A stretch of 64,000 nt of DNA. It comes from Lytechinus pictus. Lineage: Eukaryota. The number at the start of each line of letters is the position of its first letter. The first letter of the stretch is position 1. This document shows positions 38,536 to 51,319 of this stretch, piece by piece. The stretch is from contig NC_087252.1 in the NCBI RefSeq assembly GCF_037042905.1, positions 27,096,001-27,160,000 of the forward strand, read 5' to 3'. The position numbers and the translations under genes were made by a program. The notes beneath the pieces were generated by a model. The model saw only the letters and a program-made list of their open reading frames with translations, searched no databases and was not told where the DNA came from.

Positions 38536-41500
38536 AAAGACCTTATAATATATTACTAGACCGAAAGCTGCGTGCGCGTTCAGCACAAAACAAATGAGAT
38601 TAGGCTCCGCCTACCGCGATCATTTGAAGACAAAAATAAGCCCTCATTGACATTCATGAGCATGAAGATATTCATAATCCGGCCTTTTCATTGGCTAAGA
38701 GCGTCATTAATACGCGATTTCCCCGATTCTTTGCCATCGATACTAGTGGTATCGTGTTACAGAAATAATTATTCATTTGACCTCATTACGTCATCTAATT
38801 TATTCATTCTGAAACTTTTCTTTCCACACACAAAATGGACCTACGAACACTCCGGTGAGTACGTATAAATTGATATAACCACATGAATTCAGTGGACTAT
38901 TTACACATTTCACACTGTATTTTGTGATCTTAGGTTATTTCTTTAACAAATTAGAGAGTTTGCTATCATTCTTCTGTAAAAGGAAAGCAGAATTTGGTCT
39001 TTGAAATTGAAGTTAGATTGTCATCGTCGCCCAGTGCAGCCTGTATGTTGCTTGCAGTGTATTTTGTACGGCCTCCTAGCCGGCTGGGAATCGAGAGATA
39101 ATCGGGCTGGTTAGGTTCACCTCCAACAAGGACCAACCCACGATTGATTAAAACAAGAAGAATGAGGCTTCTTTTTGTACACTGTAACGTTAGATCTAGA
39201 GGGAGATCTGCATCTATCTTCAGTAGATCGAGACTCAGTCAGGAATAAACTGTGAAGCGGAGTGTGGATTAAAATACGCCTGTCATTGACATTGTGTCAG
39301 TCCTCACTTTGTTTCAGATATCAAATTTATTTTGCATAACTTCAGGCTTCTGCATTTAGCCCCCACCATTTTAACTCTTATTGTTATTCATAAATATATA
39401 GACTCGGTCTTAGAAATAGCATGCTGCTCTGCATGTTTGTCTTATTATCAATAGATCTATGACCTAAATCTTCTTAATCCTAGGCCCTAGGCCTACTTAC
39501 TTTATACTTAGATCTAGGCTACTTTACTTTTATTTATTCATCGATGCTATCAAGAGCTAGGCCTACCTAATTAAAATCTAGTCTAACTTATACTTTCCCA
39601 ACCCTCGATACTTACCCCCAGGGCTTCTGATCTAGGTCTGTAATTTAGGCCTAGATCTAGGTCTGGGCCTAAACGACTCCATTTACATGTAGGCCTACGA
39701 GTACGAGTATGACTGTCAGTGGACCAAGGAGTCGGACTAGATCTAGATCTACTCTCGGTCAATAATGGCAATGAAGTCTTAGCCAGGAATAAAAGTCAAA
39801 GTCAGACATCAAAAATTTCTAAACCGATATAGGGTTTAGAACCGAAGCTTTACTTTCTAGGTCTAGATAGATCGAGAGTCCATCGTTAGTCTAGATCTAG
39901 ACCTAATTTAGATACATGAACGAGACTCAATGCTGACAGCATTGAGTCTCGTTGGACTAGATCTATACTTTCTTACAAATAGATCTAGACCTAGTGCATG
40001 AGATTATGAAATTATGTTAAAATCTAATGAAATAAGATTCGGAAATAAAAAGATCCAGATTTTTTTTTTTTTTTTTTGGGGGGGGGGGGCAGACATGTGA
40101 AAAAAATTAGAGAAACCTAAAATTCAGAAAGCGAGGGCCAGAAGCGACCAATATTACCTAGGGCCGTTTTGTGCATTTTCTAAAGTAATATTGAAGGATG
40201 TCATGCAATTCTCTTTTTGATGAAGGTTTTCACATTTCAGCTCTTACCCAAACCCCTCCCCCTATACGGCCATGAAAAAGATCACTTCTTATTATTGTTC
40301 TCTCCTTTCACAAACAGGTTGAGTTTGAAGAACAAGAAAAACAGTAGAGGTCTACCTATAGTATATGGTTCAAGATGATGATCATAAGTGCATGCATCAT
40401 TTTGCAGATTCTCATCCAGGTATAAAAGTTAAACTAACCCATACAAAATTACAGATACATTACATGCATTGAATGTTAACCATGTTTACATTAAATAAAA
40501 ATAATCTGAGCCACAAAGAGGTAGGATCTGTAATGAATATACACTTCTTAAATATACAGGCTCTCGAGTCTAAAATAGAACCAATGCCAAAAGTTATGTA
40601 CCTTGGGCAAATTTATGAAATAAGGTCATGTCCTTGATCTACTAGTAATTAAATTGCCTTTTTATTTCCTATTTGTTTATAAACAAAGCAATATTTATTT
40701 TTCATATTTTACAAAATTCATTTTATGCATTCTTTAGTGTGATATTCATAGTTCATATTTGTAGATTAACGTGTTTTTTTTTATCTTGTTATTTTACATT
40801 TTGTCCAATAGGATGATGCAGTTTTACAATTTCCATGGAGGTGATTGATGATGATAAATAATTGGTGAAGAAGGCCTAATAGAACAGCGACTCGACCACA
40901 AAGAGAAATACAACATACAGCAGTTATATGAGTGAGTTAATTAGTGAATATTTTTAATAATGGAGGTTGTTCACATTTTTTGGCAAGAAATAGACCTGCC
41001 TTTGAAAAACCCATTTCAATTTTGTGTTTAGATTATAGTTAGTGTCGTTTTTAATCACAGATCAAAATATTCTGTGCAACAAACATATCAACTTTAATTC
41101 TGACTATTTATATAATTTACATATGTTGATTCATATTCTTTTTTATGAGAAATCTCTGGCATTTTTTCATAGAGTACATGTAGTGATAATGGAGAGTGGT
41201 ATGTAAACTGCATAGAACAGGTTTAAGTGATATGCTTTATAGAAGTACAAGTTTATAATTAGTAGAAGTAAGATTTCCTGTTATGTGTTGAAGAAACATA
41301 TATATGTATAGTCTCACTTTTCTTAAAACATTTAAGTTTCATAAATCACGACAATTTTAATTTAAATTCATTGATTACTTTCTCTATTTTTTCAATCTGC
41401 AGGACTGGTGTAACAGATGTTTTCATTCAAGAAATCCAACAATTCAACATTGAAGAGTCTGACTTAGGAACCACTTGATGAAGATGGAAAAGGTTTTTTT

Positions 41501-44500
41501 TTTCCAAGTCCAATTTTTCACACAAAAAAAATTATTATCACAACCCCAAATTCATGACGTATGAAATTTCTTGTTGATTTTCATTAAAACTGGTTGCAAA
41601 AGGAGAAGCTATAAACATACAAATAGGAGCGGCGGAGTGAAGTTGAAAGTGGGGGGGGGGGGGCATAGGGAAAATGCTGTATTACATGAAATTTTTAAGA
41701 AGTTGCGAGCGAGCAAAATTTTGACATTTTTAAAAAGAAAATCTAAAATATTCAGAATGATATATTTCACCCTTTTCTTTCATTTTCTCTTTTTTTCTTG
41801 GTCGTGATTTTTTATTTATTTATTTATTTTTTTTTTTTTGGGGGGGGGGCAAGAGTCCTTCAAGCCCCCCTCCCCCCTCCATCTGTACGAAACTGCTTAT
41901 ATACCCCACTCATGAATTATTAAACTTAATGCACAAAGGATTTCCTTCATAAGTATATTATCGAAATGAGAATATTGTTTTCTTGTTTCAAAGGGCAGTC
42001 GTCATGGTGACCATAAAACGGGTCCTTCTCAGGTGAAAGGGGCACAGAACAAGTTCTTTAGGAGCATTTTTCTTGGGTAAAAGGAGGCAGTGATTCGAGA
42101 AAGGGCACTTACAAGAAGGCAAGGGGGCACTCTTTAACACATGAAACGGGCCCTCAGATGAAAGGGCACAGAACACGTTCCGGGGGGGGGGGGCATTTTT
42201 GGGTAAAAAAAATTGCATACAAGGAAGAGCACTTGGTAACACCTAAAACAGGTTCTCGTCAGGTGAAAGGGACACAGTACACGTTCGTGAGGGGGCATTT
42301 TTCTTGCATAAAAAGGCACTTTTCAGTGCTTCAAGAAGTAGGGGGAACTGTGCCCCCCCTCCCCAGGATCGCTGCCCCAGCATACAAAAAAATTATTTTG
42401 GTTCAAAGTATTAACATACGCTTAAGAAAAAGGTAAAGCTTAATCCTCTGATAATGTGATATTTTTTTATGGCTAATTAATAAAATTCACCACTAACCAG
42501 AGAATTCCTTTATGTCTTTCATTTGTGTTCATAAAGTATTTGTACAGAGCTAAAATGATAGGGATTTGGAATTGGCAAAATTGAAAATGAGATGAAGATC
42601 GAAAGAGTGAATGAGAAGTGGGTTGAAAAGAGATGAGAAAGAAATGGAGGGGCACATATGAAGAGATAATTTAGAGGGGGTGGTAAGAGAGCTAGAATGT
42701 GGGAAGTAGGAACAAAAGGGGTGGAGGAGAAATAAGACGAGATTTATGGAAAAACCAGGAGACAGATGGGAAAAGAAGAAGGAAATATATGAAGAGTTTA
42801 GTTGCAAAAGGGGTTAGGACTATTCCGAGAAAAACCAAGTTTTTATTTTCACTTATTGCAATATTCTTATGAGAAACTAAATTGTCATGATGTACTACTC
42901 TATCATGTGAACAGTGAACATAAAATTGGGTATAAAAGAAATCTACCTGTCTTCAATTTTTTCTATATACTTAAAAAAAAATATCATTGTGTACCTAACC
43001 CCTTTTGCAAGTAAATTGAAGTGAATCCAATCTCTTGATAAAAAAAGTGATTTTTTTTTTTGCCACTTCCATTCACGTTTTCATTTGAATTTCAAATTTC
43101 CTTTGGTATCATCAGAGTGACTGAAAATTTAGAGGTTTAGAGACAGAAAACAATAAAATATATGAAAAATGGACCTAACCCCTTTGACAAATGAGTTCTG
43201 TATAGTGGTTTAGTTGCAAAAGGGGTTAGGTCCACTCCCAGAAAATAATTTTTTTTAAATTCTCCCATATTGCCATATTCTTATGCGAAACTGAATTTTC
43301 ATGATACCCTACCATGAGAACATAAAATTGGGTATAAAAGAAATCTACTTGTCTTCATATTTTTGTAGATATTATTTTCCAAAAAAGTATGTGTGGACCT
43401 AACCCCTTTTGCAACTAAACTGAAATGGACCTAACCCCTTTTGAAAAAAAGGTGATTTTTCTTTGCCATATTAGTTCAATTTCACTTTTTAATAGGAATT
43501 TCAACTTTTCTATGGTATCATCTTATATAGCTACTAAAAATCTATACATTAAGACATAAAAATCAAGTTTGATGAAAAATGGACCTAACCCCTTTTGAAA
43601 ATGTGCTCTACATATGTAGGAGAAAGGCGGCACAAAAGAATTTTGAGTGGGAAAATGATTAAATGGAGAAAAAAACAGAGTAAGAAATGCTGGAGAATAA
43701 AGGGGACAGGAAACATATTAAACATGATAATCTGGGGCCCGTTTCATCATGAGTTACAAGTATGGTAACTACGATGGTATAACCAACCAATCATAATCAA
43801 GGTTACCACGGTAATCACAATAATTGCAATGTTTTTAAATAGCTGTAATTCATTAATTATGAAACGGACGCCAGATGAAGAAAGAACGCACGGGGATCCA
43901 TGAAGATTTTTTTTTTTTGCTTCTCGAAATTTGTTTCTAACAAGAAATGTACTCTTTAAGTGGTGACAGTTCCCCCCCCCCAAAAAAAAAAAAAAAAAAA
44001 AAAAACTTTTAGGTCAGTACAACAGCCCCTTTGATCTTTCCGCGGCCTCTGCCGGCTATAATTTAGAGTTGAGATTCTTTACATTTGTTAAAAACTAAGA
44101 TTGCTGCATGTATATCTTAACATGTGACAATTTAGGGATGGCAAAAGCACTAGAGACCTCTTTACCTAATCACGACTTGATCTATTCTCAATTTCCCTTT
44201 TGGAATTGGCAAAGGCCTATATAAGACGCAATACAAACAATGCTTTGTTTTTAAGTGATATCGATTGTGATATCGATACTTTATAGAGCGCAACGTATCG
44301 TCTCAGATTTGCGCTTGCTTGATTCGCTGAATCCTTCGCGTCACGAGCGCGTAACAAAATGAATACATTAATGAATTTGCCAAGTTGACCTTTGTCATTG
44401 CGCTGATGTGCGTATTGTCTAATACACGTACAAAACCACAGTTGACGAGGGAGCATCGTACGAAATTAATATTAATGAGGGCTTATTTTAGCTTCTAATG

Positions 44501-44534
44501 GATTAAACAAAATGGCGGTAGCTTCGGGGGCTTG
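38536..44534. mobile_element. ~6-kb nested insertion with 9-bp TSD (MULE-like by TSD length) and degenerate inverted ends
   Basis: GGCCCCACC at 38527-38535 and 44535-44543; AAAATAAGCCCTCATT at ~38632 and its reverse complement at ~44475. Confidence 0.6.
42796..43610. repeat. Diverged direct duplication of a ~410-bp unit with GGACCTAACCCCTTTTG motifs
   Basis: tttagttgcaaaaggggttagg begins at ~42796 and ~43208, followed by colinear similar sequence. Confidence 0.75.
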
Positions 44535-44829
44535 GGCCCCACCTTCCATACCTCGCGCAAATCGACCTCTAAACACGTAGTGTTGGGGCAAAAAGGACAT
44601 CCTTTATTAAACATTTTAATTTTGTTTTATCATCCCCGCAAATTTGACTCAAAATAAGTAGCTTTCCTTGCGAAATATATACCCCTTTTTCATTATTTTT
44701 GTGTTTTTGACACCCTTATCACGTTACGTACGTAACGTGCCCTATATCTTGAAAAATACATCCTTTTTACGTGTATTTTTGGTCGCGCATGGTATCCAGT
44801 CGTCAATGTAAGTACCCCCCCCCCCCTTT

Positions 44830-45773
44830 GCCGTTACATGGCAAAACGATGTATCTGCAAAATGCACATTCGTAGAAAAATCATTTTGAAGTTAGGGCTT
44901 TGTCTTTCTTCAAAATAAAATTTCCCAGTCTTGAATTTAGTTAGATTTATTAGAATGTGATTGAAATCATCTTCCTTAATAGTTTTTATGACATTTAACT
45001 TGTGTTTTCACTCAGCATAACTGTTTTTATGTAGATATAGCATTTAGCCAAAATATTCAACTGTCCATATTAGTCATACGATAGTGGCAAAATGATGTAT
45101 CTGCAGCTACATCATACAGTTCCTATGGTCGAATCATATGGCAAAATGATGTATCTGCAGATACATCATTTTGTGTTTATGGTCAAATCAATATAGCCAT
45201 GAAACAAGCCTTTAAAACTAAAGACATGACAATTGGTAAAAGGGTGTAATTGGCACATACACAGTTTTAGTACCATAAACTAGTCTGTGACTTTTAGGGG
45301 CACAATTTGTGGGAAAAGATGTATGTTGCACATACACTATTTTGCCATAAACTAGTGTCTGTATATAATGGCACACAATTTATATGTTGCAGATACATTT
45401 TTTGACATCAACTAGTCTCTGATGTTCGTGGCTCACCGATTAAGGTAAAAAGATGTATGTTGCAGATACATCATTTTGCCATATTTCACGAAGCTGGGTG
45501 CGCTCCCTCACTTGATGGCAGAAAAGTGTAACAAAAACATTGCACTTTACTGTGGCATTTTAGGGGTGTATCTGTAAGATATATCCTTTTACCATAAAAA
45601 AAAGTTGGCCAATATGTAAAACGTACTGCAGATAGCCCAAGCTATCTTGAAAATTATAATACCTGTAATTATGAGAGTAAGATAAATGAAAAGAGCTCCC
45701 TAAAAAACCCTCCCATATGTCAAAACCTGAAAAAGTCAAAATTTTCAGATACATCGTTTTGCCATGTGACGGC
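44830..45773. mobile_element. TIR element inserted in the poly-C end of the host element
   Basis: GCCGTTACATGGCAAAACGATGTATCTG / CAGATACATCGTTTTGCCATGTGACGGC; internal GATGTATCTGCAG repeats. Confidence 0.85.
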
Positions 45774-46618
45774 CGCCGCCCTGGGTGCGTATACATGGTA
45801 TAGGTAATCACTAGCAAAAAGACAAAAGAAGCTAGATTGGTGCAAATATTATAACTAGTTACAATTTAAATTCTAGGCACTGGGAAATATAATTGTTTCC
45901 TAGACGGAAGTAAAATAAGCCAACAATGTCTTTAACAATGCAGTGTCGCCTAGAATAATCTCTTATATTATAAAAGTGATGTATTGTTTTAATATCCTGT
46001 ATTACCGCGATTAATGTGCACTGGTTACCCCTTAGTCATTAGTAAAACCAGATACTGTGCAACACCAAACAATTTAGGTTATTTATGTGAGAGGAAGTAA
46101 TGCAATCCGATAATGATCTTTAGTCAACTTCTATTACATACTTCATAAAATACATCAAGGGTTTTCCCACATGTTAAAGTAGAAATGAAAAGAATCTTGT
46201 CATTGAACATGATATAAACATTATGAACAAATCGCGTATTTTTAAAATTTATTTTCAAAAAGTTAAGTACAATATTAAAATTAGTAACAAGCAGGCCTAT
46301 TAAAGGTGCTATTTATATATATAAAAAGGTAGAATTCAAAGTAATGCCAAAAGAACAATGTAATTCTATTTCAAAAAATATCAAAGAACATTTTGTAATA
46401 TCCAGGGGCCGCGGAACGGTTTTGAAAGTGCGGGGGCTGAGCCGAAAGTGTGGGGGCTGACCATGCAAAAAAAAATCATCATCAGATGGTCATTTTTACG
46501 TTTTTGTGCACGGTTTTGGAAAAAAGTGCCCCGTTTCCGCGGCCCATGGGAGTCCTCGAAATGAAAAAATATATATGTACAATGAATTTCGTAATATTTG
46601 TCATCTGTATTATCTTAC

Positions 46619-46690
46619 CTGGTGAATTTATAAAACTGTTGGTATTTGTCGCCGTTGGCTCAAGTGTTGTATTGCGCATACAATTCGGGT
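46619..46690 (-). CDS. Multicopper oxidase exon 2 (72 nt, symmetric phase 1-1)
   Basis: ttttccttttacattcag|(N)PNCMRNTTLEPTATNTNSFINSP|gtaaga; open and in phase with exons 1 and 3. It could be skipped without frameshift. Confidence 0.7.
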
Positions 46691-46835
46691 CTGAATGTAA
46701 AAGGAAAATCAAGAAAAAAACGTGAGTATAATAAAAAATAACCTTTAAGCGATGATAATAGTAATCTAGCTAATACTTATAATGATGACAATGATGACGA
46801 TGATAATTATTACAATAGTACTAGTAGTGGTAGTA

Positions 46836-47092
46836 GTAAAAAAAATATTGGGTAAAAATGCCCCATGAGGGTAATTATGTGTCCAAATAACATTGGGCAT
46901 TTCTTTGGGGCATTTTTATTCATCCAGTGTGATGAAAATTTTGCCCATTCTAAAGTATATAATTGCTGCTTATTTTTAACGTTCCTGGACAATATGCTTC
47001 CCGCATTGGGTAAAATACTGCCCCAAATTAATTGGACACATAATTACCCTCGTGCTGGTTAAAATATTAACCAATATTTTGTTGCAGTGTAG
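46836..47092. mobile_element. MITE with AATATTGGGTAAAA ends; related copy at ~49685-49925
   Basis: Internal inverted repeat gagggtaattatgtgtccaa / ttggacacataattaccctc; colinear second copy. Confidence 0.7.
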
Positions 47093-47135
47093 TAGTAGAA
47101 GAAGCAACCATACAACTACTACTACTACTACTACC

Positions 47136-47199
<64 letters not shown>

Positions 47200-49160
47200 T
47201 ACTACTACTACTGTTAATAATAATAACAATAATAATGACAGTAATAATAAGCCAGTTCACGGTTAGCTCATGATCAACTTTTCTCCAATGACCTTTGTGA
47301 TTTTTCATTAGGATAAGCACTATCAATTTCAAATGTAGATGTTGCGTAAGCTTTACCGGTAGAGTATTCAAATTCTAAGAACAAAAGCCATTGTATAGAC
47401 CAGGTGACTAGAATAGTACATCAGGGATAAAGTTTGGAAATCTGTTTTATTGTCTGCCTCTGGCACATTTGACTATTGTTTAGGCTACTGTCAAATACCA
47501 GTGATTATGAAGGCTCTATTTATTACTCTTCAGCTTGGATGTGATAAATATTTTGAAAGGAATACATGAATAATCATCAAATCACAAATGCCTATGTCAG
47601 TGAATTTGAAAGCCACCTTCATTGTTGTCTCCAATGACCTTTTTCTGCTCGTGCGCAGTTTACAACCGTGAACAGGCTTATTAGAATAATAAGAATAGTA
47701 AGAATAGTAATGATTGAATGATTGTAATAATACTAATAATAATCATAACAGACGTGGAACCAAAGAGGAAGCCTTTATTTATTTATTTTATTTCCAGGCA
47801 AAAGACAATAAGAATATATACAAGAGGAATAATTACCACCGACTAGTGCCTGAGGATGACTAAAAGAAAAACAAATTTCTGTTATGAAGCTCTCCTCACT
47901 AGTCGGGGTTTACAAGTATACGAAAATAAAATCGGTATAAAATGGCAATATATGTTCAGATGCATTACTTATTAAAACAAAGAACTTAATAATAAAGAGT
48001 ATGTTTGTTTCCATGTGCAATTATAATATCCTGTCAATATGAAGTGTTAATGTATTAAAAAAAAACAACGTTATGCTATTATCAGATAGTAAAGCCTGAG
48101 GAGATGGAGTTGCATATATTGTGAGAACTTAAATGTTACCATAATCAGAGAATACGCAATTTTTAAAGTTCACACATCTAAGGGGAGCACTTGTACAGTT
48201 TGGCAAGCACCCCCCCCCCCCAAGAAAAAAAAACGGCCGAGCAAAAATTACGCAATAATTGCAAGCCTTTACCCTTCTCGGCCGGTTTTTTCTTTGGGGG
48301 GGGGGGGGTGCTTGCCAGACTGTACAACTGCTCCCCTTAGATGTGTGAACTTTAAAAAAAATGCTTGCCAAAATATTTTCAAAAAATCGGGTGATAACAC
48401 TTTTTTTAATTTTGTTAACCCCCCCCCCTCCCTCCTATTTCCGGCAAGTCCCGGATCTGTACAACTCTTTAATGTAAAAGATATCTCTTTAGTAATCTGG
48501 GTTAAATCTTGTTTCAAAAGTGTTGTTCTATAAAACTATGAGTTATCACGTAGCTGGCCAGCCTAGTCGTGTATGTGCGTGTGTTGGGGTGTGTGAGGGT
48601 GTGTATGTGTTGCATATTTGTTTTTTTCTTATATCTGTTATTTTTTTTTACATATCTGTAGTTAATTCTTATTATGTACAGTATGTTCCTTCTTTGTGTA
48701 CATCTCATTTATTGTAGGGCCCCACTCGCAAGCTCTGCTTTTCATGGGTCCTCGAAAACCTCTCATATACATATATATTATTTATCTTTTTTGTATCATC
48801 TGTTTATTAATTGATTTGTACTAATGTGTCTGGTTTCTGAATGAATTTAACTTGAACTTGAACTCTGCCCATAGACTTAAAGTAATCAAACTTCTGGCAA
48901 GGGTTTTACCCCAATGGACATAGGTAAATAAGGGCTATCTTGGATTCTCCCACAGACTCTGAGAAATGAATATGTTCCTATCTGTTTGATCTGTAAATAT
49001 ATGCATAGTATATACCAGGTAATGATTTAATTTTTTTTCAACAGAATATGAAAAACTCAATGAGCAATTGTGTAAATTTTATCTAACGTGCAACGAGCGA
49101 ATCCGGATCTGTTATTAGTCACCATCACGTTTAACAGTGGTACATTATCGTAGGACTCTT

Positions 49161-49491
49161 TGGCCCGTATTCTGAAGTCGGGTTTAAGTTAAACTCAGGT
49201 TTATAGTTGTGGTGTAAGTATGGAAAGCCAAAAGTATCAAATTTTTTTATTAAGTTGTATGAGTCTTATGTTTACTGTGCTCTTTCCTGACTGACATCGA
49301 TGGTGAAGACAGTCATCTACGTATACTTCCTAGACTACTATGAATGATTTGTGAGCCAAATGAGCTGAAGTATGATATCTCTACTGTTGATATCTCTACT
49401 GTTAGTGATTTATGTAACAATTGGCTCGCCATACTTAAACCACAACTTTACACCTGAGTTTAAGTTAAACCCGACTTCGGAATACGGGCCA
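49161..49491. mobile_element. MITE family with TIR TGGCCCGTATTCTGAAGTCGGGTTT, copy 2
   Basis: TIRs; reverse orientation relative to 14250-14563. Confidence 0.85.
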
Positions 49492-50024
49492 ATGTGTTAA
49501 TCGTAAAAGAAAACCCCTTGTATTTCAAATAACAAAACTCTGAAATAGTCAGCCCAAATGCAGGGCCCTGTGACGATCTTTTAAAAGGAGTGATGCTTTG
49601 GAAAAAAAAACTGATGGATGAGCAAAAAAAAGGAAAAAAGGAGAATAGGGTTTTCACTCTAACGGAGCCACCCCGCTTGATTATGAAAACAAATATTGGG
49701 TAAAATGCTCCATGAGGGTAATTATGTGTCCAACCAACATTGGGCATTTCTTTCGTGCATTTTTATTTAGCCATTGTGATGAAAATCCCACTCTAAGTTA
49801 ATTGCAGCTTTATTGTTTAACCTTACTGGGCAATATGCTTCCCGATTTGGGCAAAATACTGCCCCGGGCCAAATTGGTCTGACATACTATAATTAATTTT
49901 AACCAATATCATTTTTTTTACTGTGAGGGCGGTGGTTCTTCTTACATGACGGGAATGTTGCGGAGCTCATACCTTACAGATCTACAGATGTTGGTTATTT
50001 GATTTCTGTTTCTGCTTATGGGAA

Positions 50025-50262
50025 CTCCCGTAGGTACTCGGCAGGACAGCATTTTGCTGGTAATCGCCAAGCTGGTATATAACCAATTACCTAGGAAACA
50101 TTTCACGTCTATGTTAATCAGTCATAATGGCTGACCTTATAGACGACAGAAATTACTCTCGGGCCTTTTTTTATCAAAGTGGAGACAATGGCAGAGTAGG
50201 GATTCGAACTCACAACCTTGCGATTATGAGTCCAATGCCCTAACCACTGAACCATACGACCC
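50025..50262 (-). mobile_element. SINE with tRNA-Met(CAT)-like head, copy 2
   Basis: High identity to 35622-35845. Confidence 0.85.
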
Positions 50263-50320
50263 GGACATTCCACGGTCTAACATGATCACTATAGGTTACG
50301 ACATGTCTACATTCTATATA

Positions 50321-50790
50321 CACTGTAAAAAATGAAGTGCTAATTTAGCACTTACAGTGCTTGTATAGTGACTGCACTACGAGTGCTGATTTTCTACACT
50401 GTAAAAAATGAAGTTCTAATTTAGCACTGACAGTGCTTGTATAGTGACTGCACTACGAGTGCTGATTTTCTACACTGTAAAAAATGAAGTACTAATTTAG
50501 CACTGACAGTGCTTGTATAGTGACTGCACTACGAGTGCTGATTTTCTACACTGTAAAAAATGAAGTGCTAATCTAGCACTTACAGTGCTTGTATAGTGAC
50601 TGCACTACGAGTGCTGATTTTCTACACTGTAAAAAATGAAGGGCTAATTTAGCACCGACAGTGCTTGTATAGTGACTGCACTACGAGTGCTGATTTTCTA
50701 ATTTAAATTTGAACTAGAAAATCAGCACTCGTAGTGTAGTCACTATACAAGCACTGTAAGTGCTAAATTAGCACTTCATTTTTTACAGTG
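50321..50790. mobile_element. CACTG-ended palindromic MITE whose left arm is present as 5 x 76 bp in tandem
   Basis: Units start at 50321, 50397, 50473, 50549 and 50625; 14-bp spacer; single inverted arm 50715-50790; TA on both flanks. Confidence 0.92.
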
Positions 50791-51319
50791 TACCTCTGCA
50801 TTTTGTCATCACCAGGGCCTACCACTAATTAGGACAAATGCCAAAACGGTCTGTCTGACCAGATGGCCAAAGATATAGCACCAAACCTTGTCACGTCCAA
50901 ATCGATATTTAATTGCTATTTCCTAATTAGTTAAGTCCCTGACCAGGCTAGGCCTCCATGTATTGAACACCGTAGGCTGACCATGCATGGCAAACGCGCA
51001 ATTGTGACACAGAAAGCCTTTACATTAAACTTGATATCATACAAATGACAAAGAAACAATATCAACCACTATAGGTTAATTATACTAGGATATTTGAACA
51101 AGGGGTTGGGGCAAAGTGGCAGAGCTAGGCCTATATACTATTCAACGAGACTTCTTTGTAAGAACTCTACTTTCTTCTTTTTTTTCGTTTTAAATTCTTC
51201 CCCTTTTTTCATGTCTTTATAATCGTTTTGTTCCCAGTTCTTGAAAAACTATAAGGGGTAGGATATAGTTAGCTTTGAGAAGAGCAACATTCAAATGAAA
51301 AACTACGAAAATAACAATT

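Larger units (their letters stand above)
38249..45784. mobile_element. CCGGGG-ended TIR element hosting two nested insertions
   Basis: TIRs G(n)CACTTCCATTGACGAGTGGATACCATGCGCGACCA / TGGTCGCGCATGGTATCCAGTCGTCAATGTAAGTAC(n); GTGCGTAT duplicated at 38241-38248 and 45785-45792. Confidence 0.8.

Noticed and set aside
50321..50700. 76-bp repeat array as CRISPR or tRNA cluster
   Set aside because: No spacers and no A/B boxes; explained as an amplified MITE arm.
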